A stretch of 64,000 bases of DNA from Diplonema japonicum (lineage: Eukaryota; Protista; Euglenozoa: Diplonemea): assembly GCA_964019335.1 (NCBI GenBank), contig OZ025675.1, positions 372,001-436,000 on the forward strand. Direction: 5' to 3'. Below are positions 45,079 to 56,121 of this stretch, piece by piece; the stretch's first letter is position 1, and every line of letters starts with the position of its first letter. The translations under genes were made by a program, and so were the position numbers. A model generated the notes under the pieces. That model was not told the DNA's origin, did not search any database, and was given only the letters and a program-made list of their open reading frames with translations.

Positions 45079-46887
45079 CTAGTATACTTGCCGCCGCCTC
45101 ACTACAGGAACTTTCTTCGCTACCAAATCGGACAAGGCAGCTGCCAAGGGCTCACTTGTTAAGGGCTTCAGCAGTTCCACTGCCTCATCATAGCCATGCC
45201 CTTGCAGGTATAGTTTCGCTGCCTCGTTGTACTTCACCCAGTACTTCGCCCGAGACTCGTCCAGTGCGTACATCCACTCCTGGTCTAGGTGGGACTGGCT
45301 TCTCCGCCTGTGGTTCTTCTGCCGCCCAGACACTGGTGTTGATAAGTCGGTGACCACAGGGGCGTGTAGATTCGGAGTTACTGCTTCGTCATCGCAAACC
45401 GCCTCCCACAGGACAGACTCCTTCTCTTTGTCGTGCTTGATAAAGGTGACCGCCTTGAGGACAATGCGCATTTCCTGTGTGACAGAGGCGTCCATGTAGG
45501 CAGCAGTGTTGCACACAACCCCAATGCCCCACTCCGCACCGAGCCTCTCGTACACAGATGTCAGAACCGCCGCGTGTCCCATGATGCTGAACCGCCTCAC
45601 CTCGTTGTTCCCAAGGTCTCCCACCAGAACCTTCCCACCGCACACGGCCACGTTCACTTCCATGGTCTTATCCGCTTTCTCGTGTTTTAGTACGGTTGCT
45701 GTCTTCACCGCCGCCACTGCGTGTTGGACGCATTTCCTTGCCGCGTTGAACGAGGCGTGCACGTGGTCTCCGACGAACAGGTCCAGCATCCCCTTCTGTG
45801 CACGAACAGCGTGCAGTGCGTTCTCGACGGCCTTCGCGTGGAGGCGGCTGAACTCTATCGGTTCCGCCTCCGCTGTTTTGATCGAGTTCTTCATGTTCAT
45901 CACCAGCATCGTCGCCCTTGTGGGTGTCAGAACATGAATCTGGACAGGTGAGTCAGACAGAGACGTGCGTGTCGTGTTCTGCGACTCCGACATTGTGCGT
46001 GACCGAGTGTGTGAATATGTACTCTCTCCACCGGAACTATCAGAATCGCCACTCTCCTGCAAACAGGACTGCGGGAGGTAAGGTTTATACGACCGAAGGT
46101 TCACAAGAATGGTGTGAAGCGCTTCGTGAAGTCTTTCAGGGAGGTCTTCCTTCGAAAGGTCGAGGTGGGCGTCTGCCTCTTCAAGCTTGAACCCTGCAAG
46201 GAAGGAGGCCACGTCGCGTGCTGCAAGAACACCCAGTTCCAACTTCCGTTTTTCAGCGAGAACCTCGTTGGCGAAGCCTCTTGTGAAGTAGAAGTCGAGG
46301 AGGAAGATGCACACCATGAGGATGAAGTTTGCCGAGGTGTTCTTAGCAGACCGCTTGCAGGGGAGGTTGGTGCAATTGCAGACCTCCTCCCAACGATACT
46401 TATGGTCACCATTAAAATCACCATCACCGATGTCGAGGAGGCCGAAGCGGGTGCTGAGCTCAACGGCAGAGACGGCAAGCCAGAGGCAGAGGGCGATGAT
46501 AACGACGATGGAGGACCTTGACCGTATCCTGCACACGAGGAACACATCGATGAGCAAGACAGTAATGGCCCACATTCTGGGCTGCATGGCACCCATGTTG
46601 TTGTAGTCAACCATAATGATGGCAATAAGGTCCGCGTACCCCACAAGCTCTATGAAGGTGTCGGAGGGCTTCTTGTTCACAAACAGCCACACCAAGGCAA
46701 GGCCGTTGGTGACTGTCACCAGCCATGAAGCGATGATGGCTATTGTGAACCCAGCGGTTGGGATGGAAGCAGCGCCTAGTAAAAAAGTTGCCACTAAGAA
46801 CCATAAAAGAATCATCTTTCGCTTGACCATCACCTCATCGTCGTCGGGGAGGGCGAGATTGCTGATAAGCCAGTTGTGCAGCGACAT
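45079..46887 (-). CDS. 6TM receptor with degenerate cyclase domain, paralogue 6
   Basis: Likely start MSLHNW (ATG 46887); family motifs. Confidence 0.9.
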   Translation of the reverse strand: MSLHNWLISNLALPDDDEVMVKRKMILLWFLVATFLLGAASIPTAGFTIAIIASWLVTVTNGLALVWLFVNKKPSDTFIELVGYADLIAIIMVDYNNMGAMQPRMWAITVLLIDVFLVCRIRSRSSIVVIIALCLWLAVSAVELSTRFGLLDIGDGDFNGDHKYRWEEVCNCTNLPCKRSAKNTSANFILMVCIFLLDFYFTRGFANEVLAEKRKLELGVLAARDVASFLAGFKLEEADAHLDLSKEDLPERLHEALHTILVNLRSYKPYLPQSCLQESGDSDSSGGESTYSHTRSRTMSESQNTTRTSLSDSPVQIHVLTPTRATMLVMNMKNSIKTAEAEPIEFSRLHAKAVENALHAVRAQKGMLDLFVGDHVHASFNAARKCVQHAVAAVKTATVLKHEKADKTMEVNVAVCGGKVLVGDLGNNEVRRFSIMGHAAVLTSVYERLGAEWGIGVVCNTAAYMDASVTQEMRIVLKAVTFIKHDKEKESVLWEAVCDDEAVTPNLHAPVVTDLSTPVSGRQKNHRRRSQSHLDQEWMYALDESRAKYWVKYNEAAKLYLQGHGYDEAVELLKPLTSEPLAAALSDLVAKKVPVVRRRQVY

Positions 46888-47635
46888 GCTAGGGGGTGGA
46901 GGGGATAATTGCTGCAAGAGGAACGTTTTTTTTTTCTTTTTGGGTTCAAAAGCACATAAAAAGAGAAGAAGAAGAAAAAAGAATAACGAAGCAGCCGTAT
47001 AAGAAGGGTGTGGGATGTAGCAATGGGGAGGGGGAAGAAAAAGAAGAAGAAAAAAAAGAGAGACATTTAAAATAAAGAGGCGAACTCATACATTACGGAA
47101 AGAAATATCAAAAAAATTACTTTTTTTGATACAAGAAAAGCGCAGGAAGGGGGGGGGGGGAGGTTATTTTTTAGTTTTCAATTTTTATACGCTATCATTC
47201 TTTGAAAGCTTAAAGAAAAGGAAAAAATGTTTCACTTGTTTGTGTGCAAGAAAAAAAAAAAAAAAAAAGGAAAAAAAGAACTAGTTTTTGGCGCTTCATC
47301 TGTTTGTGCGCACGAGCGGAATTCTACCTAAAAAAATAAAATAAAAATAACTCATTACGCTGCCATCCACTAGTTTTGTAGTCTCGACCACAATTGTTAA
47401 AAAAGAGGGGGGGGAAAAAAAAAGCAAACCTTTTTTTTTCTTTTTCCTTTGCCTCTATTTACGGTAACTCAGAAATGTTTTTCCACCAAAGTACGGTAGC
47501 CTTGCAACACACACCCCTATCAGGCATTAAAATGATTCAAGTTACCATGGTGGAAAAGAAAAATTTGAGGTTTAAAGAAACGGCCAGGTATAAAAAAAAA
47601 AAAAGAAGAAATGCTTGTATACAGTAAATATAATT

Positions 47636-47737
47636 TATATATGAGTTAAAGGAAGTCTTTGTGAGACGCCCCCTTGTTCTCATCCTCTACCTGCATCTAT
47701 CCCCTTTCAGCAGCAGTTTTTCCTTCCTTTGGTGGTC
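47636..47737 (-). mobile_element. Family B 3'-end stub
   Basis: Same terminus as 17930 and 43592. Confidence 0.8.
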
Positions 47738-48891
47738 TTAAAGAAAAAAAAAAAAATAGAAAACGGAACTGTTGATCGATCAGATCCATCGACTGTGTTT
47801 CCCCCCCTTTTTTTTTCTTTTTTTTTTTCTTTTTTTTTTTTCTTTTTTTTAAATTAGAGGCCTTGTAAAAATTGAAGTTTTCTTTTATTCGGTATTTCCG
47901 GTTGTAGGGGTGTCTGTAGTCAAACCACACATTGGAGTGCTCTGAAATGACTCGCTTAAGGGGAGCTGTCGCCATACATTTAGACCCGGCCAACGGTCTT
48001 GCTGCCCCTCCAAAAAATCTTTTTTTGGACGTTCTTTTTTGCTTTTTTTTTTTTTCGGATCGTAAACTGTACGCACCCCCCGCCCAACCCCACAAGAAAA
48101 ATAGATAAAGATATAATAACACAGATGTCCTTCTTTATCATTACACCGCGTGAAAAAAACTAGTTCGGCACGAGCGGAGTTTTTACCTAATAAAATAGCT
48201 CATTTACGCTGCCATCAACTGGTTTTTAGTCTCGACGATAATATTGTTAAAATAAAATAAAAAATACTGTGACTGCCAAACGAGGGGGGGGGGGGGGGGG
48301 GGAGTTTCTTAATGAAATTTTGAATTTTCCATTCGTGAGTTACCATAAAACTTTTCATTTGAGCAGTGAAAAAATGTTGGGGGGGGGGGGGGGGGGGGGA
48401 GTTCGAACAAAAAAAAGGCGATGTTTAAGAACAAATCCCACTTGAGGAGGAGGGGTCTATCTTTTGATGCTCCCTTCTTGGAGCCTCCGACATCGACGTC
48501 GCGTCTCCTTCAACCCAACTTAGCTCCGACATCCACTTCACCTCCACCGCATTCCGTGCCCTTGGCTCTCCTCCAACATCCCACGATAAGGTACAGAAAA
48601 AGAAGGGGGAATACCATCATTTAACATCAAATCATATAAACATAGAGCCAAAAAAAAAAAGGGGGGGGAGAAAACCCCCCCCCCCCCCCGAATACGCGAT
48701 TTAAGAAATACCCTATTTCCCTACATGTGTGAAAAGGTTAAAGATCTTTTTTTTTTGTCCGTTTACTTCTGTCTCTCTCTTTCTTTTCTTCTTCTCTTTT
48801 CCCTTGTTCACACAAAGAGGAGCTTCGGCGCGCAATTCGGGAGTTTTAGGTGGTCTTCTTCTAGATTAGTGGGGGGGGGGGGGGGGGGGGT

Positions 48892-49108
48892 GGCTATGCT
48901 GGCAAGGAAACGCGTTTCCAAGCATTTTCTTTTTTGAAAATAAGGAAACGGAAACGGAAACGGAAACGTTTCCTTACTTTGGGGGCCGTTTCCTTAAGAA
49001 ATGGAAACGGAACACGTTTCCTCTGAAAAAGGAAACGCGTTTTCCCTAAGTATTTTGAAAAAATAAGAAAAACGGAAACGGGTTTCCCCGTTTCTTGCCA
49101 GCATAGCC
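48892..49108. mobile_element. MITE (GGCTATGCTGGCA TIR family)
   Basis: Perfect 13-bp TIR; internal GGAAAC repeats; poly-G on both flanks. Confidence 0.82.
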
Positions 49109-49330
49109 CTAAGGGGGGGGGGGGGGTGATGCTTAGATGAAATAGTTTCAGAATAGAATATTCCATGTATACGTTTATAACCAATATAATATTGTTATTT
49201 TGAGGAACATAAAAAAAAAAAAAAGAAAGGGTGGACGCTGCGGTATGTGGCAGGACGCCTGATTAAAAAAAAAAAAAAAAAGAAAGGGTGGACGTAATAA
49301 TAGACAATAAGCCATTAGCGCGTAACCCCC

Positions 49331-49545
49331 CTGCCTAGGCCTGCGTTGTCGGCGTACGGCTCCTTACACCTACACCGATCTTTGGGTCTTTGGGCTTCGA
49401 GCAAAAGCATCATTCCAATAGATCGCAACTTTCCAAAATGAATGCCGTACGCAAAAGAATGCGTACGCTTACGCAGCAAATCTAAAAAAAAAAAGTGCGT
49501 ACGGAGTACATTCGAAATACACCGACAACGTAGGCCCTAGGGCAG
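49331..49545. mobile_element. MITE with imperfect ~22-bp TIR
   Basis: CTGCCTAGGCCTGCGTTGTCGG ... CCGACAACGTAGGCCCTAGGGCAG; internal CGTACG repeats. Confidence 0.65.
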
Positions 49546-49680
49546 ATGTAAAAAAGAAGAAGAACTGAGCACGAGCCTGTGAGGCTTGGCTGGAAATTTT
49601 AGACAAATTTGGGGTGTAGTGAACAATTAAGTGGGAAAGATTTTAAAGAAAGCAAAAGAAAATTAAAAAAAAAAACCTAG

Positions 49681-49711
<31 letters not shown>

Positions 49712-49714
<3 letters not shown>

Positions 49715-49750
49715 CTATGATAGGAACGAAGTGGTTAGCAACGGCCCGCC
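49712..49750 (-). mobile_element. 39-bp family C 3'-end stub inside a plus-strand poly-A (sense poly-T) tract
   Basis: Identical to 40137-40175; A-runs on both sides. Confidence 0.8.
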
Positions 49751-49844
49751 AAAAAAAAAAAAAATAAAATAAAGGAAAAGAAAAGTGATTTAACGTTTAA
49801 AGTTCCGCCTCCCACACACTATTTTGGAAAACACCTTGTTACAG

Positions 49845-50240
49845 TCAGGCAGACTGGTACAGCTCCAAGGTGTACCCATTACGGGTGAAGTCGGTGGGGG
49901 TACCGAGGACCCTGTCAGCAGTCTGGGAGCGGACGCCGCCAGTGGCCGCGAGGGGCCAGCAGGTGTTCTGGGAGGGTTGGAAGACCCACGCCTTGCAGTC
50001 CTTGTCATCGGAGCAGGTTTTGCAGCAGGTCGCCTGGTCGCACTGCAGCCCATTGGGGTAGGACGGGGACCTCACCCCTGCCCCCGCATCCGTGTCCATC
50101 GCCACCAAGCAGTTCTTCCCAACGAGGGTCTGCTTCGCTGCCTCTGCAGTGGCGTTCGCGAACAGTGCGTTGAAGCTCCCCACAAGGCTCTGGAACCTCG
50201 CGATGTCCTTCCCCGCCGTGTACGAGAAGGTGTCCGCCAT
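49845..50240 (-). pseudogene. Gene fragment (or isolated exon) with a PAN/Apple-like Cys motif
   Basis: GC-rich coding-like sequence: CDQATCCKTCSDDKDCKAWVFQPSQNTCWPL; abuts the TIR at 50242. Confidence 0.55.
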
Positions 50241-50241
50241 C

Positions 50242-52285
50242 GGGGGTCCGAATAATCCCTTTATTTGGGCAGTGGAGGGGGGGTGTTTGGGCTCCAAAAA
50301 AAAAGAATTATTTGGAATACACTTATTTGGGTTGTACTTATTTGGGCTGGAGGGCCTGCCACATGGAAAGGAGGGAGCGGGGCTTAGAGCACTTCGGAAA
50401 TCTTAACATGCCGAATCGTGCGAAGATTTTTTTCATGCCTTTTTTTTTTTCGTAAAGGAAATTTTAACAGCTTTTCTCCCAGGCTGTGGAGAACCCACAA
50501 ACGTTGCAGACAAACCGCCTGGTTTTGGCGGGCATCTGAGAGGCTTGAGAATCTGTCAGGGCTTGAGAAGCTGCAAGGGCTTGGGCTGCTGGAGTCTCGT
50601 CAGGTGCAGTGTCCATTGTAACACCCGCAACAACGTTCTGTGCTGCACTGTCTAAAGGGTCCGACCCCTTCAAAGTGCTTACTTCGCTCTCCACTCGGAA
50701 CTAGCGAGACGCATACAGCTCGCCGGGCCAGCACTCTTACTTGCGTAGCAGCCTCACAATACTGCCAGTGGGCTACAGCGCAGCTTTGGGATCTTGCTCA
50801 GGAATGGAACATTGACATTGCGGGCCATGAAAGAAGCAAATACTGGATAAGTTGTCAACACATGAATCCACGTGCCCTTCCGGCAACGCAGAAGCACCCG
50901 GGCCACCACAAAGCGCCTTCGAACTAAGTAGTTCCGTGAAATTTTGAACCGTTCATCACGAACCATCTAGCTTCTTGCGTTAAGAAAATTAGGGTCCCTC
51001 ACAATAACCCCCAGGTGCCAAACCCCGTGGTCCCTGTTCAAAAATGCAAAAGAATTGCTCATGAGTGAAAACCAGGCGGAAATCGACATTTTGGTCAAAA
51101 AGGGGGTGTATACATGGGTTAGGTAGGCTAGTACCCTGCACAGGCGTGACTGAGAAAAACCCGTTACTACCATGTGACCCCACCCCCCGGTCTCCCTAAA
51201 AAAAAACTCAAAGTACAGGACAAGCCCCCCGCTAGAGGGCCGCCCTATGGGAGGGGGGGGTCTATCTGTTAATACTCCCCTTCTGGAGCATTGCTTTCAT
51301 TCCGATTGAGGCCGTGAGCGTCTTGCGGAGTCATGTGATGCGGTCCCGCTTGTAGTCGGCTTTCAATTCCATTAGCTTGTCGTGCGTGAAGCGGGTGGCG
51401 AAAATAGGCCTCCTGGAGAAACCAATAGCTGCCTTTCCTCCAATGGCGATGAGGGACTTCACTCTTTTTCTCTCGTCCGCTGGGAAGGGGCGTCGCTTCT
51501 TCCGTGCCCTGCATGCTGTGTTTATCTTTACGATGAGAGCTTTGATTCTGCGCGCCCTATCTTCCAGCAGGCCTCCCAAAGACTTTCCGGTCGTCCATTC
51601 GAAGTCAATGGCCAGTTCCACCGCCGACACCTCCGAGGTGGTGTCCTTCTCCACCCAGCGCAGTTGTGACAATAATTGTAGCAGCGGGTTCAGGGACAGG
51701 ACCCCGCTCACTCCTTCGAGCTCGCCAGCTATCGGAACGGGGCATTTCTTACCTACCACATTTCGAATCCACGGTAGCGGCTGTGTGTTGACATCCTCCT
51801 TCTGCATGAGCTCTACGTCTCGTTTCTCAACCACCACGGCTAAGTATCGTTGCAGCTTCTCTAGGTACGCAAAGTCATGTCCTCTCGGCAGAATCGCGTG
51901 CAATTCCAGACACAGGGGCCATCCTGTCCTGTTGCGCAGTGGTTCCAAGCCGTCCTGTGCTAGCTCTTCCTGTGCGCAGGCGCACTCGTAGAGTTGATGG
52001 CGGAGTAGGGTTACCGTGTCCGGGTACGGTGATTCACACAGGTCGCACCTGAACCCTTGTGTGCGTGATATTGTCGTTGTTGGGACTTGGCTTACGCTCT
52101 CTTCGACTTCTTCGGTGCCGTCACCTTCTGGTGCCAGGGGGACGCTTCTTTGATTCGTTCCTGCAAAAAAAAAAAGAAAGGGGGTCGGGAATTATTTGGG
52201 AAATTTGGAGCGGAAAAATCTCCGGAAAAAAAAAGAATTATTTGGGAAAAAACACATTATTTGGGAGGGAATTATTCGGACCCCC
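50242..52285. mobile_element. TIR DNA transposon remnant (superfamily unassigned) containing a nested LINE
   Basis: GGGGGTCCGAATAAT at 50242 and ATTATTCGGACCCCC at 52271-52285; TTATTTGGG subterminal repeats near both ends. Confidence 0.65.
51207..52164 (-). mobile_element. 5'-truncated LINE, family D
   Basis: CDLCE..RHQLYEC, then ORF 51331-51948 with LSQLRW..ELAIDFEWTTGKSL..RPFPA..GFSRRPIF; A-runs at both junctions. Confidence 0.87.
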
Positions 52286-52302
52286 CCTTTAGAACTGAAA
52301 TA

Positions 52303-52365
<63 letters not shown>

Positions 52366-52800
52366 ACACCTTTCCCACTCGTGTAGGAGACAAAAATTGG
52401 TCCTTTGGCGTATTAAAAAAAGGGGGGGGGTGAGAAAAAACAGACGAAAAAAAAAAGAAAAAAAAAAAAAAAAGGAAAACCACATTTCTCAACTACAACT
52501 GGGTCTGAATCCATGCTAAACCGATGGCTTCGGGGTGCAGTTCCTTCCCCTTTTGGTGTGAGTGCCACAGAGCTGTTCGTGTCGGGGAATGGGCCACTAG
52601 TTGCATCTGTCATGTAGGGATTGCCCCTGTTGGGAAAACCTGCTTTCCAGCTCCCGAACAAAAAGCTCAGCTAAAACCAAACTCATTTGGCCTTTCAGAC
52701 CCAGAAAAAAAAAATCGCTTTGATAAAAAGTGGTGATTTTTATCGGGGGGGGGGGGGGGGGGGGAAGGGAATGTGAGAAAGAAAAAGAAAAAAAAAACTA

Positions 52801-54455
52801 CTGTAAAACGAATAATGTCGGACGGAAAAATTCTCGGACAGAAAAACTCCCGGACGGAAAAACTCCCGGACACCAAAAAAACCCGGACATTTTTCCGTCC
52901 GGGAGTTTTTCTGGGAAGAAGTTTTTTTACTTAAGGGGGGTAGCAGCTCCCACCACGTTTGCCTGGAAGGGCTTTATTCCTTGTGCAGAGCCAAAATGTC
53001 ACCCTGCGTGGCAGTTTGAATTTTTCTTCCCCTTTCAATGCACCAACAAACAGCACCCACGGGATCTTTAACTTCTCATAAACCCGTACTTCTTTCGTCA
53101 GATTGACCAGTTCGACTACCCAAGGCACGTTGAGCAGCTGGCTTGTGAGGGGCCCAACTTTGGTGCTGACACCCCCGGCCAGCTCACCCCCGAGAGGTGG
53201 AGGAGATAAACTCCTTACACCGGGCCAGTACAAACCCCCGAAAGCAGCTTGGCGGCCTCTGCCTCGGTCAGAAGACGGCAGCAACAGGTTCAACAGAGCC
53301 CCCGGTTTCTTCCAGACGGAAATACTGGACGTTGCTATTCCACCCTACCACACCCTGGCCGCCGCGACGCCGTGATAGCAGCGTATCGCCCAATACGGGA
53401 TTTAGCATCCTTCGGGGGCTGAAAGATTTTTGCTTGAGTCGATAGGTAAACGGGCTTGGTGAGCCTATCCCAGCACAACAAATATGCACCTATGCAGAAG
53501 GGCTGCTGTGCGCCAATCCAGCCCGAAAGACAGACCTGGTAGACTTTGGTGGGGCACTGCCCTTTTCCACTGGCTAGGCTGACAAAACTTTGCAGCAAGA
53601 AAGACAAAAGCCGCAAGCCACCTCCGGAAAGCCCGGAAACGAGAAGGACAACGAAGAAGGCACGCTGTTTCACCATGGAATTCAGGTCCATAATCGACAC
53701 CCATAAAGTAAGGCCGGAATTGGTCTGGAATACGGGGTTAAAAACCAAAACAAAAAGGGGGGCTAAGGTCGTAAAAGTCCGTGGCTTTGGACAAAACGGG
53801 CTATAACCGAACAGCTGGCTGTTTCCTTGGCTGGATGGTTAAATACAAAGGCAAAGCGGAAACGCAACCGGCAGGGATTATCCGGTGATGCCCCGGTCAA
53901 GCACCCGCCCACCGAATGGAGCAATGGAGCCTAACGGCATCGCCCAATCATTGGGCTAATTATGATACTCGGTATCTGGGTTACGGAGCTGTTTCTTCCT
54001 TTTTGCTGGTTTTGCCGAACGGGCCGATTCTGCTGCTTGTCGGCGACCACAACTCTCACACGACCTATGCCTATGGGTTCGTAGAGTGGTTCGCAGGCGC
54101 AAACGTGCACATTGCTTTTGTCCCCCTGGGCTCACCTACATGGTTCAACCGATGGATATTGGGTTGAACGCAGCTGTAAAGCATCTATTAAGAAAGGTAG
54201 TAGGCCACACGAAGGCTCGACAAGCTGATTGCCTCAGGGCAGCAAGGGAGGACAAAGATGCAGAAAGGGAACCCTGGGGTTTCTTCGCGCGGTTGCCGTT
54301 TGCAGCCCAGGCCAGTATGTAGGTGGTAGTGGACCAGGCCCCCTGACGGCCTTACCTAAAAAAAATTCCCGGACGGAAAAACTCCCGGACGGAAAAATTC
54401 CCGTACGCCAAAAAAACTCGGACATTTTTCCGTCCGGGAGTTTTTCGTTTTACAG
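52801..54455 (+). mobile_element. Decayed pogo/Tigger-like (Tc1-mariner, DDE_1-type) transposon
   Basis: TA|CTGTAAAACGAA ... TTCGTTTTACAG|TA; remnants PILLLVGDHNSH and PPGLTYMVQPMDIGLNAAVK; frameshifted. Confidence 0.85.
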
Positions 54456-55484
54456 TATATCTTTTTTTTTTTTTTTTTTTTGCTTTTTTTTTTTTGCACG
54501 GACTTTGCCGGAAGTGCGGGGGGGGGGGGGGGGGGGCATGAAAGTGGTGGGGAAAAAAAAAAAGAGAAATAGCTATTTTACTGCCCCTCAGCGGCGAAAG
54601 AACCCTACCTTGACTCAAAGTAATCTTTTCAGGAGAAAAAAAAAAAGAAAGAAATACAGCTTTTACATGCGTGTTTCTTCATTCAGCACTGTAAGTACAA
54701 AGACTCTTAACACGCACAAAACTCTCAAAATGTGGATTTCCTATTATTTCTTTTTAAAACCTTTTTTCGTTTTTGCGGAAATCAACCAGCTCACTCGTTC
54801 ATTTTGTTGTTTGCACAGCCTTAAAACAAGAAAAAAAAAAAGAAAAAAAAAAAAGAGACATTTAAGGGTACCTGCGGTATGTGGCAGGACGCCTAAAGAA
54901 AGGGAGGAAAGAACCTAGTTTGGGTTATTTTATCTGCTTTGCGAACGCGAACACTGCTGCCTTAATAAATTCTCATTGCGCTGCAAAAAAAAAAAAGAAA
55001 AAAAAACCAAAAACTAGTTTCTGTTGAAATTGTTGAAAACAAAACAGAAGAAAAAAATATAAGAGATAAAGGTCAGTGGCCTTTAAAAAAAAAAAGAAAC
55101 AAAGGTCTCTCTTTTCTTTTTCATATTGCAGCAAAGAATATATCTATGCATTTGCATTTGCATTTTCTTTTTTTTTTTTTTTTTTTGGGTTAGGGTTTTT
55201 TTTTTCAGTCACTCTTGTTTTCCCGGCTTGTACAAACAACATTCTTTTTGCATCACAATAAAAAAAAAAACACAAAAAAATTGAAGAGTTTTTTTTTTCC
55301 ACCCTCCCCCCTTCCTTTTCCTTTCTTTCATCTTTTTTCTTGTCCAAAAAAAAAGAGATGGAAAAGCCAAAAAAAAAGGGGAGGAGAAATCTTCAATTTT
55401 TTTTTATCTCCTTTTCCTTCCATTCTGCCCTAGCAGTGAGTTGCATACTATGACAGTTAGGAAAGAGGTTGCGAAGAAGAGTAT

Positions 55485-55515
<31 letters not shown>

Positions 55516-55614
55516 CCACCGCTTCTTCCTCAGTTTGCACTATGCTGCGAAACAGAGGAAGGGTTGCGGTGACAAACCGCCAAAGTATTCTGGTGGTTTT
55601 GATTGTTTGGTAGT

Positions 55615-55654
<40 letters not shown>

Positions 55655-55837
55655 CTGGCGGCCTGAGTAACATGTAACATCTCTAGCCTGTAAACAAAAA
55701 AGACTTTGACTCGCATAAGGGAAGTTTCGTCTCCTACCTGAGACGCTAGGCATGAAAGAACCTTGGTTCCTGCCCCCCCCCCCCCCCCATTGTTAAAATA
55801 ATTGTTAATTAGCGTGAAAGTAGACCCCCCCCCCCCC

Positions 55838-55982
55838 ATGTCGGCAAGGAAACCCTTTTTGAAAATAAGGATACGCGGAACGGAAAACCATTTCTTTTAT
55901 TTTTGGGGGCCGTTTTCCTTAAAGTATCTGAAAAAAATAAGGAAAAACGGAAACAGAAGCAGTTTTCTTGCCAACATAGCCC
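55838..55982. mobile_element. Degenerate MITE (GGCTATGCTGGCA TIR family)
   Basis: ATGTCGGCAAGGAAAC ... TTCTTGCCAACATAGCCCTAAGGG. Confidence 0.65.
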
Positions 55983-56079
55983 TAAGGGGGGAGGTCATAT
56001 TAGCGATAAAGTCACTTTTTCAGTTTTGCCAAAAGAAAAAGGTATCTATGTTATCGACCAGACAATCGGGTTCATAGGC

Positions 56080-56121
<42 letters not shown>

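Noticed and set aside
51207-51225. CTGTACTTTG (minus strand) as a spliced-leader remnant
   Set aside because: Match too short, and it is the 3' terminus of LINE family D.
52801-52920. CCCGGACGGAAAAA repeats and GGAAAC repeats as a CRISPR-like array
   Set aside because: No unique spacers of regular length and no cas genes; they are subterminal repeats of TIR elements.
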